NCBI GenBank assembly: GCA_018985225.1
Contig: JADGIF010000104.1
Coordinates: 1 to 19,857 of the forward strand
Origin: Amoeboradix gromovi X-113
Lineage: Eukaryota > Fungi > Sanchytriomycota
Length of the DNA stretch: 19,857 nucleotides
Direction of reading: 5' to 3'
In this document: in pieces, positions 18,543-19,857 of the stretch
How the letters are laid out: every line of letters starts with the position of its first letter
Position numbering within the stretch: the stretch's first letter is position 1
Position numbers and translations under genes: made by a program
The notes under the pieces: generated by a model
Seen by the model: only the letters and a program-made list of their open reading frames with translations
The model's database searches: none
What the model was told of the DNA's origin: nothing

Positions 18543-18890
18543 TTAACTTCTAATTTTATAGCCACTGGTGTTAGTTTTTTGATATTTCTTCAATCCGATT
18601 TCATGCCCCTCTATTATGCTTATGTGACCTCGCTTAGTCATTCTTTTCAGAGATGGAAGTATGATTTCGGAGATGTTGAAGTACTTGCGGGGAGATATCT
18701 TTGGTATTTGTTCCATTCTAATTATATCCCCAACTTGGCCAACATCGTTCTCATCGTGGCAAAGATAATGGGAGGGAGTCATGATGGTTTTGTTTATTAG
18801 AGGGACCAGATAGTCTCTTTCTACTCGTACTTTGACAGTCTTTGGTGAAGATTTCTTAACAACGATGCCCCAAAGCGACAAACGAGTCAT
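18543..18890 (-). CDS. MRPS17: Mitochondrial ribosomal protein uS17m; start probably at 18890 (upstream in-frame ATG at 18959 also possible)
   Basis: GIVV...KTVKVRVE, YLCHDENDVGQVGDIIRMEQIPKISPRKYF are bacterial-type S17 motifs; MTRLSLWGIVV aligns with the usual fungal N-terminus. Confidence 0.88.
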   Translation of the reverse strand: MTRLSLWGIVVKKSSPKTVKVRVERDYLVPLINKTIMTPSHYLCHDENDVGQVGDIIRMEQIPKISPRKYFNISEIILPSLKRMTKRGHISIIEGHEIGLKKYQKTNTSGYKIRS

Positions 18891-19048
18891 CCCCTTGATG
18901 TTTTCCGAGCGGCAAATTAGAATTAATGGAAAAATACATACTAAGGTAGGATTGGACATTAAATGTTTAATTTATTTCTGCCAGAAGCTTCCTCTTTATT
19001 AATTATTTGGAATGGTTCGCGAAATAAGCCACTCAATAATTCAAATTC

Positions 19049-19857
19049 ATGGATGACTACTTTCCACTTTTCTCTATTAGCACGAGTATTTGGCAGATCA
19101 ATTCAAGAGACACGCGCTTGTTGATCAGTCAGCATGTGGAAAATACAGAGGTGGAAATACCTGGAATTCCAGAACTTCAGGAAAGGTGTCAGTGGGCCAT
19201 AATGAAGGTTACTTTAAAGATATTCAAGGTGGACTTAGAGCTTCCAGATGCATTGCTCAAATGGCAGGACGCTTCATCTGATCCAGTCGCCTTGCTGCTT
19301 AACTCTCTCTCTCTTGGTAAAATACATCTCATCCGAACATTTCTAACTCACCCTCAACCATTAACTGCCATCAAAGGCTGTGCGCTACTACATGTAATAA
19401 GGTGGCTTGAGACTGTCCTCGTTATCCTGAGATTTAATCCTGTTCGTGTACGCTTTCCAGACGAAAAGTTTTGCCCTGCACTGCTCACGATTGACCTGAT
19501 CCGCAGATATACTCAGAGGGATCGTATTTCTACAGAATTTCAAATTCCCCTACTTTTGAGCCATTTGAGGGCAGGATTTCAATCGGTTTTTGACAAAAAC
19601 GATATTTTGGGAGTTGATCCACTAGAATACCTGATATCGGTAAACCAAGTGAAGTACAAGGATATGATAAAGTGGGTTAGCATATCGCACAACTTGAGGC
19701 CCAGCTTTATAGGGCTCTTACGCAACAAGCCGGTGGACGACACCATGTTCGATAAGCTGTATGCTTGGATATATAAGATATGTTTGTATATGCAGTTTCA
19801 AAAGATATGGAGTGTCGATGAGCTGATTTTTAATTTGGATATATTGTGGCAGTTTAA
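19049..19857 (+). CDS. Hypothetical protein, 3'-truncated by the window (>=269 aa); not in the ORF track
   Basis: MDDYFPLFSISTSIWQINSRD... stays open to the window end with no stop; in-frame TAA at 19037 fixes the start. Confidence 0.8.
   Translation, partial: MDDYFPLFSISTSIWQINSRDTRLLISQHVENTEVEIPGIPELQERCQWAIMKVTLKIFKVDLELPDALLKWQDASSDPVALLLNSLSLGKIHLIRTFLTHPQPLTAIKGCALLHVIRWLETVLVILRFNPVRVRFPDEKFCPALLTIDLIRRYTQRDRISTEFQIPLLLSHLRAGFQSVFDKNDILGVDPLEYLISVNQVKYKDMIKWVSISHNLRPSFIGLLRNKPVDDTMFDKLYAWIYKICLYMQFQKIWSVDELIFNLDILWQF

Noticed and set aside
17786-18800. ORFs 17786-18067, 18165-18380, 18335-18565 (-) and 18579-18800 (+)
   Set aside because: Antisense shadows of the Sel1 and MRPS17 genes.
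19090-19281. 63-aa plus-strand ORF
   Set aside because: Out-of-frame ORF nested in the long open frame starting at 19049.
1-19857. Alternative genetic code, tRNA/rRNA genes, CRISPR arrays, telomeric repeats, prokaryotic operons
   Set aside because: Conserved genes translate fully with TAA and TGA at their ends and long ORFs also end in TAG; no tRNA, rRNA, repeat-spacer array or telomere tract was seen; gene content is eukaryotic.

Overview
AT-rich, gene-dense, apparently intron-free eukaryotic nuclear DNA using the standard code. Gene content (fungal-type QCR10, Ecl1-like zinc-finger protein, HEM2, IDO/BNA2, Git3/cAMP-receptor-like GPCR, MRPS17) and very short spacers suggest a compact early-diverging fungus or fungus relative; this taxonomic call is inference. 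Other recognisable genes are an RlpA/expansin-like DPBB protein, a 6-pyruvoyl-tetrahydropterin synthase, a SAPS-like protein, a probably inactive GH47 mannosidase and a Sel1-repeat protein. Manual translation found genes the ORF track misses or mis-starts: QCR10 (54 aa), an Ecl1-like gene (57 aa), three orphan microprotein candidates (42, 55, 69 aa) and a >=269-aa ORF running off the right edge. AATAAA sits on or just after nearly every stop codon. The first 2.5 kb is bracketed by a perfect 88-bp inverted duplication of the 5' end of the Ecl1-like gene and holds weak, frameshifted remnants resembling a Polinton-type PolB and a MULE/FAR1 SWIM finger. All family assignments rest on motif recognition by eye, not database searches.
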